NCBI RefSeq assembly: GCF_009834535.1
Contig: NC_045697.1
Coordinates: 57,104,001 to 57,168,000, forward strand
DNA: 64,000 nucleotides
Reading direction: 5' to 3'
DNA from: Camelus ferus
Taxonomy: Eukaryota
Shown: in pieces, positions 1 to 14,290 of the stretch
Layout: each line of letters starts with the position of its first letter
How positions within the stretch are numbered: position 1 is the stretch's first letter
Translations under genes and position numbers: made by a program
Notes under the pieces: model-generated
What the model was told of the DNA's origin: nothing
Database searches by the model: none
What the model saw: only the letters and a program-made list of their open reading frames with translations

Positions 1-109
1 CTCTTAGTAGGTATACCAGAAAAAATTTTAGATAACTATGCTTAAAAGTATGGAAAAGTAGTGTTTGAGCAGGTTGATGTCAATAAATATGTCTGTTATG
101 ACCAATTAA

Positions 110-285
110 GCAATGGTTCTCAACTACTGTCATTCATTAAAATCACTCAGGGATCTTTTAAGAAATGTTTGTAATGAAAGTCCATTCCAGACCAATTGTA
201 TCAGACTGTCTGCAAGTGCAGACCCGTCATTAGTGTTTTATTATACTTATTTATTGATTAAAAGCTCCCCCAAGGTTTTCTAGTA
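110..285. mobile_element. MER5-like hAT-Charlie DNA transposon relic
   Basis: Starts CAATGGTTCTCAA (Charlie-type TIR); internal CCATTCCAGACCAATTGTATCAGA and AAAGCTCCCC resemble the MER5A/B consensus as recalled. Confidence 0.6.
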
Positions 286-2504
286 TTAAATAAGAAGTGC
301 GCCTAAAATCAATCCATGAAAATAAAAAGAGATAAGGAACAATATGTGTTAACTAGGGAAAGGTAATTTTTTCCCTTGGTGTTGATACCTATGAATGATT
401 TTCAAATCTTTTTCTCCTTCTCCTCCGCCCTCTTCATATGAAGCTTAGATTAAAGACATAAAGAGTTTTCAGCAGTGTAGCTTCCCAGATGTTAGGAAGA
501 AATATTAAAAAGAAATAGAAGAAAGTAAGGACTAGACAAAAAGATGGTCAACTGGGATAAGACGAAATGTTTTTGTTTGGTTTCAGTTGGGTTTCAGCTG
601 ACTCCCATCCTTAGAGCTGAAGTGAAATCAGGGGAAAATGACAGTTCCATTTACTGAATAGATGCAAGAGGATGAACACAGTAATAGAACACTGAAAGAT
701 TTCCAGGCAGGCAAATGGAGATTGCTCATTGAGTTATCTAGTAATTCATAGGCTATAGTCAATAGTCCTTATTCTAACTGATATAAAAGTACAATTGAAT
801 TTTCTGGCCATCAAACTTCTTAACATATACTTATACTACTAGTTATTTTATATTTTAAAGAATTCCAAGAGAGCTCAAAAAGGGATATGTGATATCATGA
901 AATATCCCATAAAATAGACATCCAGAGAAAACATAAAAACTGCTAAGAATTATATTATTATATAACATATTTCTTTTAAGAAACTTCTGTTTATGAAATG
1001 TTACATTTCACAGTATGCTTTCGAATGTATTTTATACACAGTATTTAAAATTAATGTATAAATTTATGTTTTTGGCAAAGCTTTCTTCACTAGTTTTTCC
1101 AAATGCATTTTAAAAGTAACGAGGCAAATTCTACTTGTGGTCAACTAAATACACTTTCAACTCAGAAACAAATCTACATAAGATAATACAAATAGTATTC
1201 ATATATATATATTGCTTTTCTGAATAATGATATCCAGATTAACTTGCAGTCCTACGTACTATATAATTAAAAGCATTTTAATGGTTTCTACACAAACATA
1301 ATCCATTCATAGGATTAGTTCATATTTTTCCAGTTGTTCATGTTCTTTCTTTAAAATTTGTTTTCAGTATTTTTCTTCATATTCAAGGCAGAGTTTAAAT
1401 CAAATTCCACACAATCAAATTCCACATATTTAACTGCTTAAACACTAGGACACCAGCACCAAATATGCTGTACTATTGAAATGTTCTACCTTCTGTCATA
1501 TTCAAAACTAATATTTCTGCAATCCTCATAAATTGGTTTCTACGGATTGTCAAGCACCCTTCTGGGGCTCATTGTAAAGCATAGAGATTCTGTATATGTA
1601 ATGTAATAGTGTCCACAGACATTTACTTCTAACTGGTTACTGAATATATGAAAATCAAACTAAAGTTTAGCTATCCCTAAAGGAAGATCAAAATACTTTC
1701 ATTATATTAACCATAATTTGTCTCATTAAGACCATCAGCAAGTCATGGCATTTTATGCTTGTACAGTATTTTCTAACTTGGGATTTCAGAGCCAAACTAT
1801 ATAAAATTCTTGGCATATCCAATCATCACATTTAATAAACACACATTTTAGTTTCTTCATTGTAATTTGATTCCTCAAATTATGCTGCTTACATTATGGT
1901 ATCTAAAACCTTAAAATCATTAAAATATAATTCCTTATTTAATATCATTGGTGGAAAATTGCTTATGAAATATCCTTTCTGAAATATTTTAATATATGTT
2001 TTCCACAGAATGTTAGCAAATTTCCCTCTTTAAATTTAGTTCTAAATATTTTTATACACTACATATAAATTAAAATTGTAATAAATATCAAAAGCTATAA
2101 TAGCTTTATTCTACATTTAGTAAGAAAAATAGATTTTAAAACTTGAAAACATTTATTTTTATACTTGTTTGGAGTTGAATCTTAAAATACTCTTTTTCTA
2201 ACTAAATGACAGAATATAAGATACATGCGCAGAAAACTTACTAGTGTAGGAACATATTTTCACATATGTGTATAAAACATACATACACAAACATATCAAT
2301 ATGCATTTACATATAGGCATATGTACATATATTTATAGATATATGATCAAATGTATATTTATTTTCAAATTAGGTTTATATATAAGTACTTAAAATCTCC
2401 TTTATAAAGTTTTGATTTTGCAGATGACTTTATTGAGTTATTCATGTTTTTTCTTTCATTTTAAATGTGTTATTCTTTTCAAAAGTGTTATTATACTCTT
2501 CAAA

Positions 2505-2645
2505 TTTTTTTATTTTTTATTTTTCTTTTGTAGGGGTAGTAACTAGATTTACTTATTTATTTTTAGAAGAGGTACTGGGAATTGAACCCAGGACCTCCTG
2601 CATGCTAAACATCTGCTCTAACACTTTGAGCTATACCTTCCTCCT
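2505..2645 (-). mobile_element. tRNA-derived SINE, camelid vic-1-like
   Basis: The reverse complement reads GGTATAGCTCAAAGTGTTAGAGCAGATGTTTAGCATGCAGGAGGTCCTGGGTTCAATTCCCAGTACCTC, with pol III A and B boxes, followed by an AAATAAATAAGT tail and an A-rich end. Confidence 0.85.
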
Positions 2646-3689
2646 CATATTTTTAAGTTTTAATCAAGGCAAATGCATAAGTAACTGAGCTAGCACTAAC
2701 AGGTAGTTGTCATTAAATACATGTTACCTAAGCATAAATCCTTTTCCTTCATGTTATCTATGGAAAAAATTGTTTCTTTGGCAAGTGGAAACATTAGAAA
2801 ATTCGTTTTAATTCATTAAATATTTGTTAAGTTGTTTGCATTGTTTTCTTTGTCAAGCCTAGTTCTGGTTGAATGGAATAAGTAAAATGAAGAATTGAAT
2901 TCATTAATGTGCCATGCCTTAAAAATTTGATTAGTAAAAAGACCCTGCTTTATAGTTGAATAAATAAATAAAAATATCATGTACCAGCAACTGTAATGCA
3001 GATAATTAAGAAAGAGTATAGTTTAATAGGCGATTTGCAACATAATACAATATAAGCCTGGGTGTCTGATTGAGTTTTCAGAGTTCCCTCCAGAAGGTAA
3101 TATTTAAGATTTGACCTACATGAAGATCAGCCAGAAAGAAAATGATACATTATCAGGTTCAAAGGAAATCTTAATGGGCTCTTTTGCCATCATATGGAGT
3201 AGAAGATGTAGAATAAAAAGTGAAGTAAGCAGGACCATAAAAGTCAGGAAATGATTTTTTTCATTGTCATTTTCTGAAATTAAGTGGATATATACATATT
3301 ATATAAGATACAGTAAATATCTTAGAAAATTAGTTTCACTATGGGTATCCCCAGAGAAATATTTCAAATTATATTTATCAGTACAAAAACCTGTTAATCA
3401 ACCAATTATGGGGTTAATTAAAATTATTGCAATGTTCTCTTTTATAATTTGAATAATCACTTTTCAATCTTCCTTTTAAAACTGTTTACATGTATTTAGT
3501 TTAATTAAATACAGTGGGAAAAAGTCTTATATACTTTTCTCATTTTTTTTTGTATTTCTAGTACTTCACAACTTCCTTTAGAAAAATGTTAATTGAACAT
3601 AAATTTTAACAATAAAAAGGAGACTAGAAGCTAGTCCTTTAAATTAAGCATCTACTATAAACTACTAGTTGAATTTCAGCTTTATATTC

Positions 3690-3850
3690 AATTTCTTAAC
3701 CTGCATGAGAGTATATTATATATATATATATATATATATAAAGAGAGATTTACAGATGAGAAAATAGATTTAGAGATAAGCAAATGCAAAGATCAGGTAA
3801 ATGGTCTATCCAAGACTTTATCCTGTATGTATTTTACTTCAAAACCCAAA
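3690..3850. mobile_element. MIR fragment with embedded (TA)n microsatellite (~3717-3740)
   Basis: MIR core-like TTTACAGATGAGAAAATAGATTTAGAGA next to a TA run. Confidence 0.5.
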
Positions 3851-5106
3851 ACGCTGGTGTTTGTGTAATCTGGTGTATCATATTGTGATCAACGGTGGAA
3901 ATTGATATATGAAGAATTGGTTTTTCTCTTACGTTGCTCACAGACTAGTGGTGAAATTCATAGACAAGTGAAGGCATGGATCGAGAAAGAATAAAAATTA
4001 CCAGCAGTCAATACATATTCTGACATAGAATGGGCTGGCCTAATATCAACATCTGGATTTTGATCACAAATAGACAGAAGCTGTGTCTTGTATTTTGACA
4101 AACATCTTATCACTTTTAATGTTTCTAAGCCCTTCATATTGAATACATTTTCACAAGAATATTTTCTATGTAAGAAATATACTGTATCAATTTGAAGACT
4201 AAGAACATTGATAGGGTACCAATTACATCATTCCTATCCTTTCTAAGCTACTGGGTGTGCTTCGGAATACAATCTGTAAATATACATATACAGGTGTATG
4301 TATGGTGCATGTGTGTGCTTGTACTTAACAAAGTTCTCACAGTGTAAACATACAGAAAGTTCAGAAAGAGAGTGCACAGTGCTTCAGAGAACACTATAAG
4401 TCAATACTGAGAAAGAAGTGTAATATAAAATGGTAAAACGTGAAAAATAAATTCATGAAAAAACAAATTTCCTTAATAAATTCTAGTACCTGAATATTAT
4501 GGGTACATTGTATTTCAGAAGCATAGTTGATGATGGCTCAAAATTCTGCAGCCCTGAAATGCCTTCAAAAATACTGCACTGGATACAACTTAGCTTTCTT
4601 TCAAACTAGGTGTCTCTGCATTTGAATGATTGAAATGAAACTTAAATTAACAGAAACAAAAAGGAACTACTATTCTGAAGATGCAGAAGTTTCATACCAA
4701 ACAAAGTGCAGGTATGTGGCTGGATCTCCTTAGCAGCTAGAAATGGGAACTTGCATGCCCCAAGGACTTCTCCATTTCTTCAGTTTCCCTTTGTATATGT
4801 GCTTCTTTACTTTTGTATATATATGCTCTTCCTATGCTACTGTGATACACAACACAGGAAACATGAATTCCAGCAACTCTAAATTTGCATCATTCTCTTT
4901 CAGCCAGGACAAAAATCCTGGCCATACTCTCCTTTAGTCCATAATAATAGACACAGGATTAATTTATCAGTTTTTTTTTTTAAGGGTATTCAATGCCAGG
5001 TCAAAATCTCTGGCCTCGAAATAATTTATGTACTAAAATCTTCTTGCTGAGACCCATGAGAAGAAGGAATTGGATGTGGATGAAAAGGCCAGTTTTCAGA
5101 AAACGA

Positions 5107-5857
5107 TGTAACCAAACAGGACTCTAGAGGGCCTTCCCAGGACAGCACACCCCCCAACCCATTTCCTCTGCCTGCATCTTGTTTGTAAAAAGGGATCAGT
5201 CTCCTAGATCTTCCCCCACTTTCAAAGAGCAGATTCAAACAGTTACTAAATGGGTGACTGAAGGAACGCAGAAACAAAGGGAAAATAAGCCCAATATAAT
5301 GTTTTCCATGATTGTTAGCTTAAACCAATTCCTTGGCTTATGACCCCAAACTGTGGAGATAATGTCCAGTGGCTTCAATCAGTTGACCTCAAGTGCACTT
5401 AAGACTGATGACACCAAGAGGGTCCATTAAGAACTGAAACTCCTGACCCATCATAAAAGATCTAAATGAATAATAAAATGCCTCAAAACCACTGCTTTAT
5501 TCTCTTCTAGAAAGAAGTTAAGAGATCACAAGACCATGATTTACTAGTTTGCTTTGCAGGAATACACAGATTAATCACAATCAACAGTGACACATCAAGT
5601 CACAAGATGACACTGGGAAGTCTGCAACTAAGGTCTTACCAGAAAGCTGAAATCACAAAGACACCCCCCTCCCCTTTTTAGCCTTTAAAAACCTCACACC
5701 CCAGCCAATCAGCTAGATGGATTTGAGACAAGCCTACTTTCCCATCTTCTGGGTTGGTGCCTCCTTGACTAATAAACCTTTCTCCACTCCAAATTCTGAC
5801 ATTTTGGTTCTTTTGGCCTCACTGTGTGTCGGGCACAGGAACTTAGGTTTGAAAACA
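5107..5857 (+). mobile_element. Solo LTR, ERV1-like
   Basis: Begins TGTAACC and ends AAAACA. It has a TATA-like CCTTTAAAA (~5682) and AATAAA at 5771-5776, followed by a U5-like pyrimidine-rich tract. No internal retroviral sequence is adjacent and no clean TSD was found. Confidence 0.75.
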
Positions 5858-7531
5858 ACTGTATGCCAAGAAAATGCTATTTATCATAACAACCTATATG
5901 CAGTTTATTATGTTATTATACTTGATTGTATTATAAATTTTGAGAATCAATAATCTATGTAAATTTGATTCAATCAAAATGTTTTATGACCCATAATGCC
6001 TTTCCTCTGATCATATCTAGAAATGATTTCAATTTCTGTATCAAGGACTAAATGGCATTTCCTAATACATTATATATTGTGAAAAATATTCCAGAAGTCG
6101 ATAACTGTTTGATATATTAAATTTTTTCCTTACTTTTGCATCTGTATGTATGTATTTCTGTTAAACTGTAAAGCCTTGTACTTTTAGAGATGGTTAACTG
6201 ACTTTATCTAAAAACAACTATTTGATAGGATATAAACTGCTCTTCCCTTTTCATTCATACTTAAACTTGTAAGTGATAAATTCTCAATACACAAGAAATA
6301 TCACAAAGTATATGGAACAAACTAGAGATAATAGATTTAGATTGTTTTTATATTTATCCCATTTGTCAGCTATTCCAGGAACAAACTAGACCACACAGTT
6401 TATGGATTTATTCTGACATCTTTTATTAATGGTTCTGATTGGTATAGCCAGAATGACTACATGGCAATCTAAATAAACTGTTAAACTATACAAAAGTATC
6501 GTATAAATAATAAATTCTCTCCTCTGCATGATTTATCTTGGATTCTGATTAGCCATTTTTTGCATGCTGAAAATCACGTACAATTAGTCAAATAAACAGA
6601 TTAAAATTCAAATAAGGAATACTAACCTGTGTCATAAAACTATGATTTGTCTTTGGACCTAAAATCAGTTTAAGTGTTAATTAAATTAGTATAAAAAGGT
6701 GTTTTATTTATATTTCTACATTATATTTTGTAATAAAATGGGCATCTTATAAATACTGGCTGATGTGAAAATTCTTGGAAGATTAATCTGGCAGGAAATA
6801 ACTAACTTTACCATCAAATAAGTAGGCCTAGGTTAAACTCATTTCACTGCAGTAGACAAAAAAACAGTGCTTTTTTTTTGTAATGTAATACTGTTTAATT
6901 TGCTTAGACATGAACATCAAGATACAGGTATTGAGATTTTTGAAAGCAAAACAGAACTCTGTTGAAGAAACTAATATATTGCTGACTTTGTACTTCTTAC
7001 ATTCCTTAATAAATTTAAGTGGAATTTTAATTAGGCTTTTGGATTATACTTCATGGAGGCTTATTATATTGATTAGTGTAAGTACTTGATCAGTACTTGT
7101 TTTTTCTTTTCTGTGTGTATAAACAATGAAAGTGAAAACAGTAAATATCTTGTGAGGATGTTAAAAAAGTGAAGATATATTTAATATCTTACAGAGAAAA
7201 GTATAGAATTTTCTTTAGTATACAGATTTACAGGTACCCATTAAATATTTATTCAATGAATTAAAAGATAAAGCAATAAAAATTGAGTATTGCCATAATA
7301 ATATACCATTTTGGAAACCAAATTGCAAACCACAAGATGGAGCTGGAACCACATTTTCTATAAAAAGTGAATGAAAATTATTAACTCAAGTCATGTTTTC
7401 AAAATATATGCAGTCTATGATTTTTAAAACATCATATAAGATTATGTATATTCACACATTTTCAGCAATGAAATTTCAGTAATGAAATTAATCATTGTTT
7501 AGAATATGACTAGAGTGTACCTGCATTGCAC

Positions 7532-7671
7532 TTTTTTGTTTGTTTGTTTGTTTCGGGAGGGTAGGTAATTAGGTTTACTTATTCATTTATTTTTTAGTGG
7601 AGGTACTGGGGATTGAACCCAGGACCTTGTGCATGCTAAGTCCGCACTCTACCACTGAGCTATACCCTTCC
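7532..7671 (-). mobile_element. tRNA-derived SINE, camelid vic-1-like, with target-site duplication
   Basis: The reverse complement reads GGGTATAGCTCAGTGGTAGAGTGCGGACTTAGCATGCACAAGGTCCTGGGTTCAATCCCCAGTACCTCC with an (AAAC)n/A tail. It is flanked by GACTAGAGTGTACCTG (7508-7523) and GACCAGAGTGTACCTG (7673-7688), 15/16 identical. Confidence 0.9.
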
Positions 7672-9549
7672 AGACCAGAGTGTACCTGTAAAACCTATGA
7701 AATTACATCCATAACAGTTATGTTTAAATTTTCATAAAAATATATCTACTTTAGAATATAAAGAGAAAATATTATAAACCATTCTGAAAAGAATTTATGC
7801 AAGTGACAGCTGAGTCATTCCCAAATAAAGTGACACTCATTTTGGAAAGACGATTTTAAACATAATACAAGAGATATACGCACTTTATATATAAAATGCC
7901 ATTTATAAAAAAGAAATATTTAGTAATATTCAGTCACATCTGTTTCACTATATTATCTGTTTTCCTGTCTTTGGTATTTGTATGCACTGAGACAAAATTC
8001 ACTTCCTGCAACTTCCACTTGGGAAATGCTCCCTAGATTTTTGGTTTGACTTCCATCTCTTGTAAGTCTGTAGTAGAGTCATTTTAACCATAGAAACCCC
8101 TCAAAAACAATGCTAAAATAATGATAGATTTTTTTTTTTTAGCAATGGCAATTTATTAGCTGTAAAACTGATAGTCAATATTTTATTTCTAGTTTTTTAA
8201 CAAAACAATGAATTGAGATAGCCAAGCAAGGAACCAAAATTGCTTTCACTTTAAATTAGAAAATTGAGCAAAGATCATATCTTCTGTTTAAATTAAGATT
8301 ACTTACTACTCAATAGGAATATACACTGCCAGAGGGATTATACTTTACTGCTTAAGAGAATTTAATACTTTTAATATATGCCAGTAAGTCTATTATGGTA
8401 TACATATTTTAAAATTATCTCTAGATCAGTTTAAAAGTGGGTCAAAGTTTCTCCCTAACCTATAATCTGCATATAATATACTAAAACAAAGATTAAAACC
8501 ATTGAAAGAAGTTATATATTTAGAAAACTTTATAAATATTTCTAAAGCAGTGTAATCTAATTAGGGTTTAGTGCCTTGTTGGAGTGCTGGGAAAATTCTA
8601 ATTAACTTCATGGTTCATATTTTTGTTCCAGTCCTTCCTGTATTATCTCAGTTGCATTTTTTTAACTAACTATAATAATTCATTTAAGTCTGATCCTCTA
8701 TGAGAAAATTACTTCAAAATAAAAAATTCTAAAAAAGAGAAGTTTTTCATAATTTTAAATACATTTACACAGTGAAATGACTAGTCTCTTAGGAAGAATC
8801 TCTGATAGAAACATCTCCTAAAAGGTGAAGGGTGAGCTTAGTGTGCTGCTATTGTATTGGATGGTCTCTTTGAATAATCCAGTCATCAGAATACAACTTG
8901 GATGAGACCGGTTATACTGAAAAGGAGAAAAAAATATATATATATGAACCTCAAATAATTAGTTTCTGTTGAATTACAAGATTGCTTTGCTCCAGTACTT
9001 TAAAATGCATGCATGTTGCCAAGAATTGAGATCTGATCAGAACAGGTTATAACAGTGATAAGTTTCCATACAGGTGTTTCAACCTAAAATATCTAAATCC
9101 ATGCCAAAGGTTAATGTTTCACCCTTCAAAGCTGCAATCCATATAAGAAAGGAAGAGCTTCTAATGTATCAAAAGAGACTAAGGAATCCTGGAATATAAC
9201 AGATGGTAGAGAATTTAGGGATAATCTTATCCTAACTTACAAATAGGTTCATTGCCCAAGACATTTCTAATTAGTTGGTGGTGACTGAATGGAGCACTGT
9301 GTAGACTGAGACAAATATAGGCTTCACAATAAGGAGTGTTTCAACTTATAAATAAATCCATTGGTTAAAGGATGCAGTAAAGTTAACACTATTTAAAACC
9401 ATGACCACATTCAAAGATTTACCAAATATTAAATAACACTGATATTACTTAGAGGCAAAACTATAAAGGGAACTTATTCTATATTTAGTACCCTTTCTAC
9501 TTTGTTATTCTAGAATAAAAAGAACAATCTGAGTATATATTTTAGTAAA

Positions 9550-12500
9550 GTTAAAAGGTAAACAGGCACACTACAATTTAAAAAAGTTTAATTGAGCAAA
9601 TATTGAGCTGAATTGGGCAGCGCCAAAACAAAAGTGATTAGGAGTGCTCCACCAACAGGAGGTAAGGGCAAGATTTTTAAAATAAAAAAGACATGGAAGT
9701 AAAGCAAAGAAATTATTTAATTGATTGCAGTATAAGCAATTGCTATATTTGGAAAGCCTAGTTGGCTGTTTGTGATTGGTTGCTTTTAAGTTTCACTTTC
9801 TCAGATACAAGTGCATCGACTAGGATAAGTTTTGGCTTGCTTACATAGTCTAACAAGGCATTAAAACCACCTCATTCTATGAGCTTCCTTGTTTAAATAC
9901 GTTAGTTCTCCCCTTTTGGTCATCCTCTCATACATACAAGACTGATCAATAGCACCATACTCAGTTACTGTCAAGGTTAGGTTGTTCTTATCTTCTCACA
10001 CAATTCATAGGTTATGATGACAGATCTATGGAAGGATACTTTCTGCTTTTCATCTCATTGTTTGTTTCTCCAAGTGCAATGAGATCATCTGATGAACTGC
10101 TCATAGTTGTGAATACATATTTAAGACCCTTGAGAGAAGATAATGTACCACAGAGACTACAATAATGACTATCAGGAGGATAATACCAACAGACTGAAGT
10201 ATGCTCCATAGCCAGGGTCCCCATGAACCAAACCAGTTGGTACCAAATTAGTATATTTGAAGAGGCATCAACTTGTTTAAAACAATTGACTTACTTGTTT
10301 GAGTTTCTATAATACCAGAGGTGTTGATCCAGTAGGTAATTGCTATGTCATAGAGTCTTCTTTGTTCAGACAATAAGTAATCTAATGCAAATCTATTGTT
10401 TAAAATCATCTTACTATCTCAATATAATCCTATGCCAAAGGGCCCTTTTTGGAGTGGTGTGTTTTGTTATCTTTCACTCTTCTTTGAAATTTCCCGAAGA
10501 AGTTTCTTAGTTTACAAGTTGAGTTGTTATATTGCTCCATCTCATTGACCCATTCTCTTAGTCCTGAGAGTAGGTCAGTTCAGTTCAGTTATGTCTCATT
10601 TCAGGAGGTGGTATTAAGGTGAGATCCCAAAACTAGGTCAATTTGGTACAAGAAATTAGATTTTAACTTAATCTTATTTAATAAGAGGCATTCTATGGAA
10701 ATAAACAAATAAATAAATGTTAAGAGTTGAGGCAGACTACAAATCTCTGAGACAAACCAAGTTTACCTCCAAATTTATATCCAAGTTGCTCTCTGAGTCT
10801 ACATGATAGCTAACTGAGAAGACTTTTACTTTGAGCTCCTGATATTGGGCATCAACAGTTTTTTTGCAGTTTGAATGTCTCTGGTTATGTCACTGGGTGT
10901 GCTGGTAAACTTTCTGAATTGCCAACACAGCAACAGACACAAATATTGTCCATACATGTGCCATTCTGGTGATTTCTCTGAAGTTTACATCAAGTTTTCC
11001 AGTTTCAGTTTGCAGGGATTCAGGAAAAGGACAGTTTTTGTTCTTAGTGATTCTGAGCTAGAAGTTTTGAAGAAAATTAGAAACATTACTTTGGAGAGTT
11101 GTAGCCAGATACTGGAGGAAAATGGGAGAATTCAGACCCTAAAACACAATGAACAAGAGGAAGAAATCTCCACAAGGGTGTGTTACAGCTTTCTACTGAA
11201 ACATATTTTTTTCTCTGTGCAATTACCACAAATTCTAGAAAAGATAATCACAGTAAGAGTAATTTGTTTGCAAAATAAGTGTAGTCTCATTAAACTTGGT
11301 TTGATTATTTACATAATGGCAGTAAGAACAGTGATTTTATGTATATTCTCAGATGTGCTATTCTAGTTAAAACTTTGGTGACATATATGGGGTTTTATTA
11401 GCTCCATAAAATTCACCCTAATTTTTAACACTGGTAATAAGGAATCTCAGATTTTTAAAAGCCTCTTTAGGTGAAGAAGCCAAGTCAAGGACTTGCCCAA
11501 CTGCATCCTGTTACAGGGAAAATAGATTTTTTTTGAACTTCTGCAAATGCCTGTATTGTTATGAAAAATAAAAATACTCAATAACAGTTTCTGAGTTATA
11601 GAGGGATGAGGTAAAGAGAAACAAATAAATATTCTATTTTTGTGTACAAAAGTTTATTTTGCCAAATTGCTATAAATTATAGATAAAAGGAGAAAAAGGC
11701 TTCTTTAAATCTGGAAAATAAAACACTGAAGAACTAGCAATGCTTTAAACAATGTCATAAAAATTATAATCAACCTCATTAGTTCATTCAGTCCCGTGTA
11801 ATTAATTATTCATTAATACTTGCTCTTGGGTTAGCAGTTTGATGAATCCAAAGTTTCTCCATTAGAGTTCAGAAAATTATTACCTAGTTCATTGCTATAA
11901 TCTTAAACTTACCAGAAACCTGTACTTGTCAGCTGTTTTCATGAATCTCTTTGAAGAGAAAGCACTTTTGGAAAAGTATCAGATAAAACAATAACTTTCT
12001 ATAAATATCAAGGGACTTAAAAGCTGCCATGATTGAAGGTCTAATGAGAGTTCATTACAACACAATTGACAAGGAAATGGCATTATTTCTGTGACATAGA
12101 TTTTAAGACATAACTAGAATTATGAGTGGTAACATTATGCCAGGACACATCAGATTCCTAGAGTTTTTTAATAATTTCTGAAATACTTACATTAATAATA
12201 TAAATACATTCAACTATAACCTAAAGAAAGTTCAGCATCCTTTCTTATTTTAAAGTTTTCCATTTAACCTAATATATATCAAATAAGCCTAATCAGTTTA
12301 ATGCCTCTGTTTTATAAAGAGAGAGAAGATATCTTTTGACATGCCCCAGGGTTCCTCTTGAAAATCCCCAAGTCAGTTTGAAGTCAAAAAGTTTTCACTT
12401 AGAATTGGATTATGGAAAGTATGTAAAAATATATAACCAAAAGTTTAAATATTTGATTAAATATGATCTTGGTTATATATTCAACCAAACTGACTAAGAT

Positions 12501-12845
12501 ATCAAATGCAAACACAAAGTTTCACAGTTGTAAAACATGTTAGTTCCTGTATGGTTTAAACCCTTAGTTCTGTCAATAGTGAAGACTCAGTTCTCTCAAG
12601 TAATCAAAGACATGATAAAAACAAAACAAAAACAGGAAATTAATTTGGATAAGACACAAAATCCTTGCTTTCTAGGTAGACTGCTTAATGGGTAAAGAAA
12701 AGAATCTTTTATAATCTCTTATTAAGTGAATATCAAAAGTCCAAAATATTTTATCATTTTAATGAATGAAAGAGAATTACATTTTAAATTCTCATAGGCA
12801 AACTATTGCTATTAAAGTTTATTTACAAACACCTTATAACAAATT
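9550..12845 (-). mobile_element. ERV1 (MER4-group-like) 3' LTR (~9550-9905) plus AT-rich non-coding internal segment
   Basis: An LTR-like block is followed by TTCTCCCCTTTT (~9906-9917), which is a polypurine tract on the minus strand. The next ~3 kb resembles non-autonomous MER4-group internal sequence and is cut off at the adjacent L1. Confidence 0.65.
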
Positions 12846-14290
12846 CATTCAACATAGTACTGGAGTCCTAGTCAGAGTAATAAGGCAAGAAAAAGAAGTC
12901 AAAAAATCAAAGATATCCAAATTGGAAAGGAGAAGTAAAACTGTCTCTGCTGTAGATGATATAATCTTATGCACAGAAAATCCTGAAGACTCAACTAAAA
13001 AAACTGTTGATCAATGAATCCAGTAAAATTGCAAGATACAAAATCAATATACAAAGTGTGTTACAATTCTATATGCTAACAACAAACTACTGGAAAGAGA
13101 AGTTAAGAAAATAATCCCATTTATAATATAATCAAAAAGAATAATATACTTAGGAGCACATTTAACCAAAAAAGTGAAAGATCAGCACACTGAAAATTAT
13201 AAAACATTTATAAAAGAAACTGAAGAAGACAAAAATAAGTGGAAAGATACCTTGTGTTCATGGATTGGAAGAATTGATATTGTTAACATACCCATACCAG
13301 CCCAAAGTCATCTATAGATTCAATGTAACTCCTATTAAAATTCCAAGGGCATTTTCACAGAAATAGAAAAGAAATTTTAAATTTTGCATGGAACACGAAA
13401 GACTCAGTAGGCAAAAAAATTCTTGAGAAAGAAAAACAAAGCCAGGGGTACCTCACTTCCTGACTTCAAAATATATTACAGAGCTATAGTAGTCAAAACA
13501 GTATGGATTTGGACTAAATACAGACACACAGATCAATGGAACAGAATAGAAAGCCCAGAAATAAATCTGAATATATATGGTCAATTTATGACAAAACAAC
13601 CAGGAATATACATTGGGAAAAGGATAAACTTTTCAATAAATGGTGTTGGAAAAATTGGACAGCCACAAGCAAAAAAAGAAAAAGAAAAAAGAAACTGGAT
13701 CCCTATCTTACACTATACCCCCAAATCAACTCAAAAGTGGATTAAATTCTTAAATGTAAGACATGAAAACATAAAACTCCTAGAGGAAAACATAGAGATA
13801 AGCTCCTTGACATCAGACTTGGCAATGATCTTTTTGGATTTGGCACTAAAAGCAAAGGCAACAAAAGCAAAGATTAAAAAGTGGGATATATCAAACTAAA
13901 AAGCTTCTTTACAGCAAAGGAAATCATCAACAAAATGAAAATGCAACCTATAGAATGGGCAAACATTTTTGCAAGCTATCTGCCTCACAAGGGGTTAATA
14001 TAAAAAATATACAAGGTACACATACAATTCAATAGCAAAAACAAAGTAACAAACAAATAACCCAACTGAAAAATAGACAAAGTACCTGAATAGATATTTT
14101 TCTAAAGAAGACTGTACAGATGTTCAACAGTTAATGAAAAGATTCTCAACATCACAAGTCACCAGGGAAATGCAAATGAAAACCACAATGAGGTATCACC
14201 TCACACCTGCCAGAATGGTTATTATCAAAAAGACAAGAGATAACAAATGCTGGCAAGGATGTGGCGAAAATGGAGCACTTACGTATCTTA
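12846..14290 (+). mobile_element. LINE-1 ORF2 fragment (RT C-terminal part to cysteine-rich domain), frameshifted
   Basis: Translations VLVRVIRQEKE, AVDDIILCTENPEDSTKK (degenerate FADD), LPDFKIYYRAIVVKTVW..DQWNRIESPEIN and [27 protein letters not shown] are hallmark L1 ORF2p segments. Truncated at both ends. Confidence 0.95.

Noticed and set aside
7595..7670. tRNA gene (also 2570-2645)
   Set aside because: The tRNA-like head continues into a SINE-specific tail and A-rich end (with a TSD for this copy), so it is a SINE.
8800..8935. Strong minus-strand splice acceptor (TTTTTTTCTCCTTTTCAG, exon would start at 8916)
   Set aside because: All frames close quickly, there is no convincing donor and no known peptide. 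It cannot be supported without RNA data.
10875..11366. 163-aa ORF
   Set aside because: It is antisense within ERV1 internal sequence and has no recognisable domain.
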